The translations under genes were made by a program, and so were the position numbers. The notes beneath the pieces were generated by a model. That model was not told the DNA's origin. It searched no databases and saw only the letters and a program-made list of their open reading frames with translations. From the NCBI GenBank assembly GCA_051294375.1, contig JBJCIZ010000170.1:1-19693 (forward strand): a DNA stretch of 19,693 nucleotides, given 5' to 3'. Positions 19,287 to 19,693 of the stretch are shown piece after piece. This stretch comes from Paraspadella gotoi. Lineage: Eukaryota; Animalia; Chaetognatha. The stretch's first letter is position 1. Each line of letters starts with the position of its first letter.

Positions 19287-19693
19287 CTATTCGAGTTCGA
19301 GTGCCACCAACGCATTGTGATGACGACGAAGAGTTTTTCCATCCGAAAGTCGCACGACGGCTTCCCTCTTTCGCGACCCGTCTCCTCTTACTTCGATCAC
19401 TCGTCCCGTTCTCCACTTGTCGCGCGGCGCGTTTGGTTCCACGAGCAAGACCATTTGTCCTTCTTGCAAATTCTCCGACGATGTCCTCCACTTCGTGCGT
19501 TCCTGCGTATTCGGTCAGCCATTTTTGCCAAAATTTTCTGCCGTCTCTCTCACTTTTCCATGTTGCTCTCATACAATCTCCTTCGACGTGGCATACGGTA
19601 AAATGGTTAGAGACGTTGATGTGTACAAATATGGATACAATAGGTTCATGGGTGACAATGCGACGTCGCTAAGTGGATCAGATGATTCATGTG
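19287..19693 (-). CDS. pol: C-terminal part of BEL/Pao LTR-retrotransposon Pol (end of integrase region + DUF5641-like domain); runs off the window; at least two frameshifts
   Basis: Manual translation across three frames: HESSDPLSDVALSPMNLL (resembles the sDP..LTP..L motif after RPLT in Pao integrases), then MRATWKSERDGRKFWQKWLTEY, then QERTKWRTSSENLQEGQMVLLVEPNAPRDKWRTGRVIEVRGDGSRKREAVVRLSDGKTLRRHHNALVALELE*. This matches the Pao C-terminal pattern FW..W..EYL..LQ.R.KW....l..G..VL....PR..W..GRV.EV...DG..R...V. Stop at 19289-19287. Confidence 0.9.

Larger units (their letters stand above)
15265..19693 (-). mobile_element. BEL/Pao LTR retrotransposon, 3' internal region (left boundary uncertain; may end near 17772 or extend to about 12250 or beyond)
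   Basis: Pol C-terminus at 19287-19693 is directly followed by densely packed, co-oriented, intronless ORFs lacking the microsatellites typical of the host part of the window. No LTR could be delimited because the 5' LTR is outside the window. Confidence 0.6.

Noticed and set aside
15435-19672. Plus-strand ORFs overlapping the cassette and pol
   Set aside because: Antisense shadows of K/E-rich minus-strand coding sequence.

Overview
Eukaryotic, probably animal, genomic sequence that behaves like an uncorrected long read (frameshifts in conserved coding sequence and a long noisy block). It has three parts. (1) 1-8420: AT-rich host DNA full of (CT)n/(GA)n microsatellites, two minisatellites, several weak exon candidates and one promoter-like motif cluster (CCAAT + CRE + Inr at 7953-8012). 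(2) ~8420-15050: a block with a quite different, near-random texture, probably low-quality basecalls; ORFs there are not trustworthy. (3) 15265-19693: the 3' end of a BEL/Pao (Belpaoviridae-type) LTR retrotransposon pol on the minus strand (integrase tail plus DUF5641-like domain, stop at 19287). Immediately downstream of pol is a tightly packed, co-oriented cassette of six intronless ORFs with no homology I can recognise. Most spacers are about 75-170 bp and most ORFs have a splice-acceptor-like site just before the ATG; a GC-rich structured element lies mid-cassette. This putative multi-gene accessory cassette is the most interesting observation. No LTR pair, rRNA, tRNA or CRISPR array could be supported.
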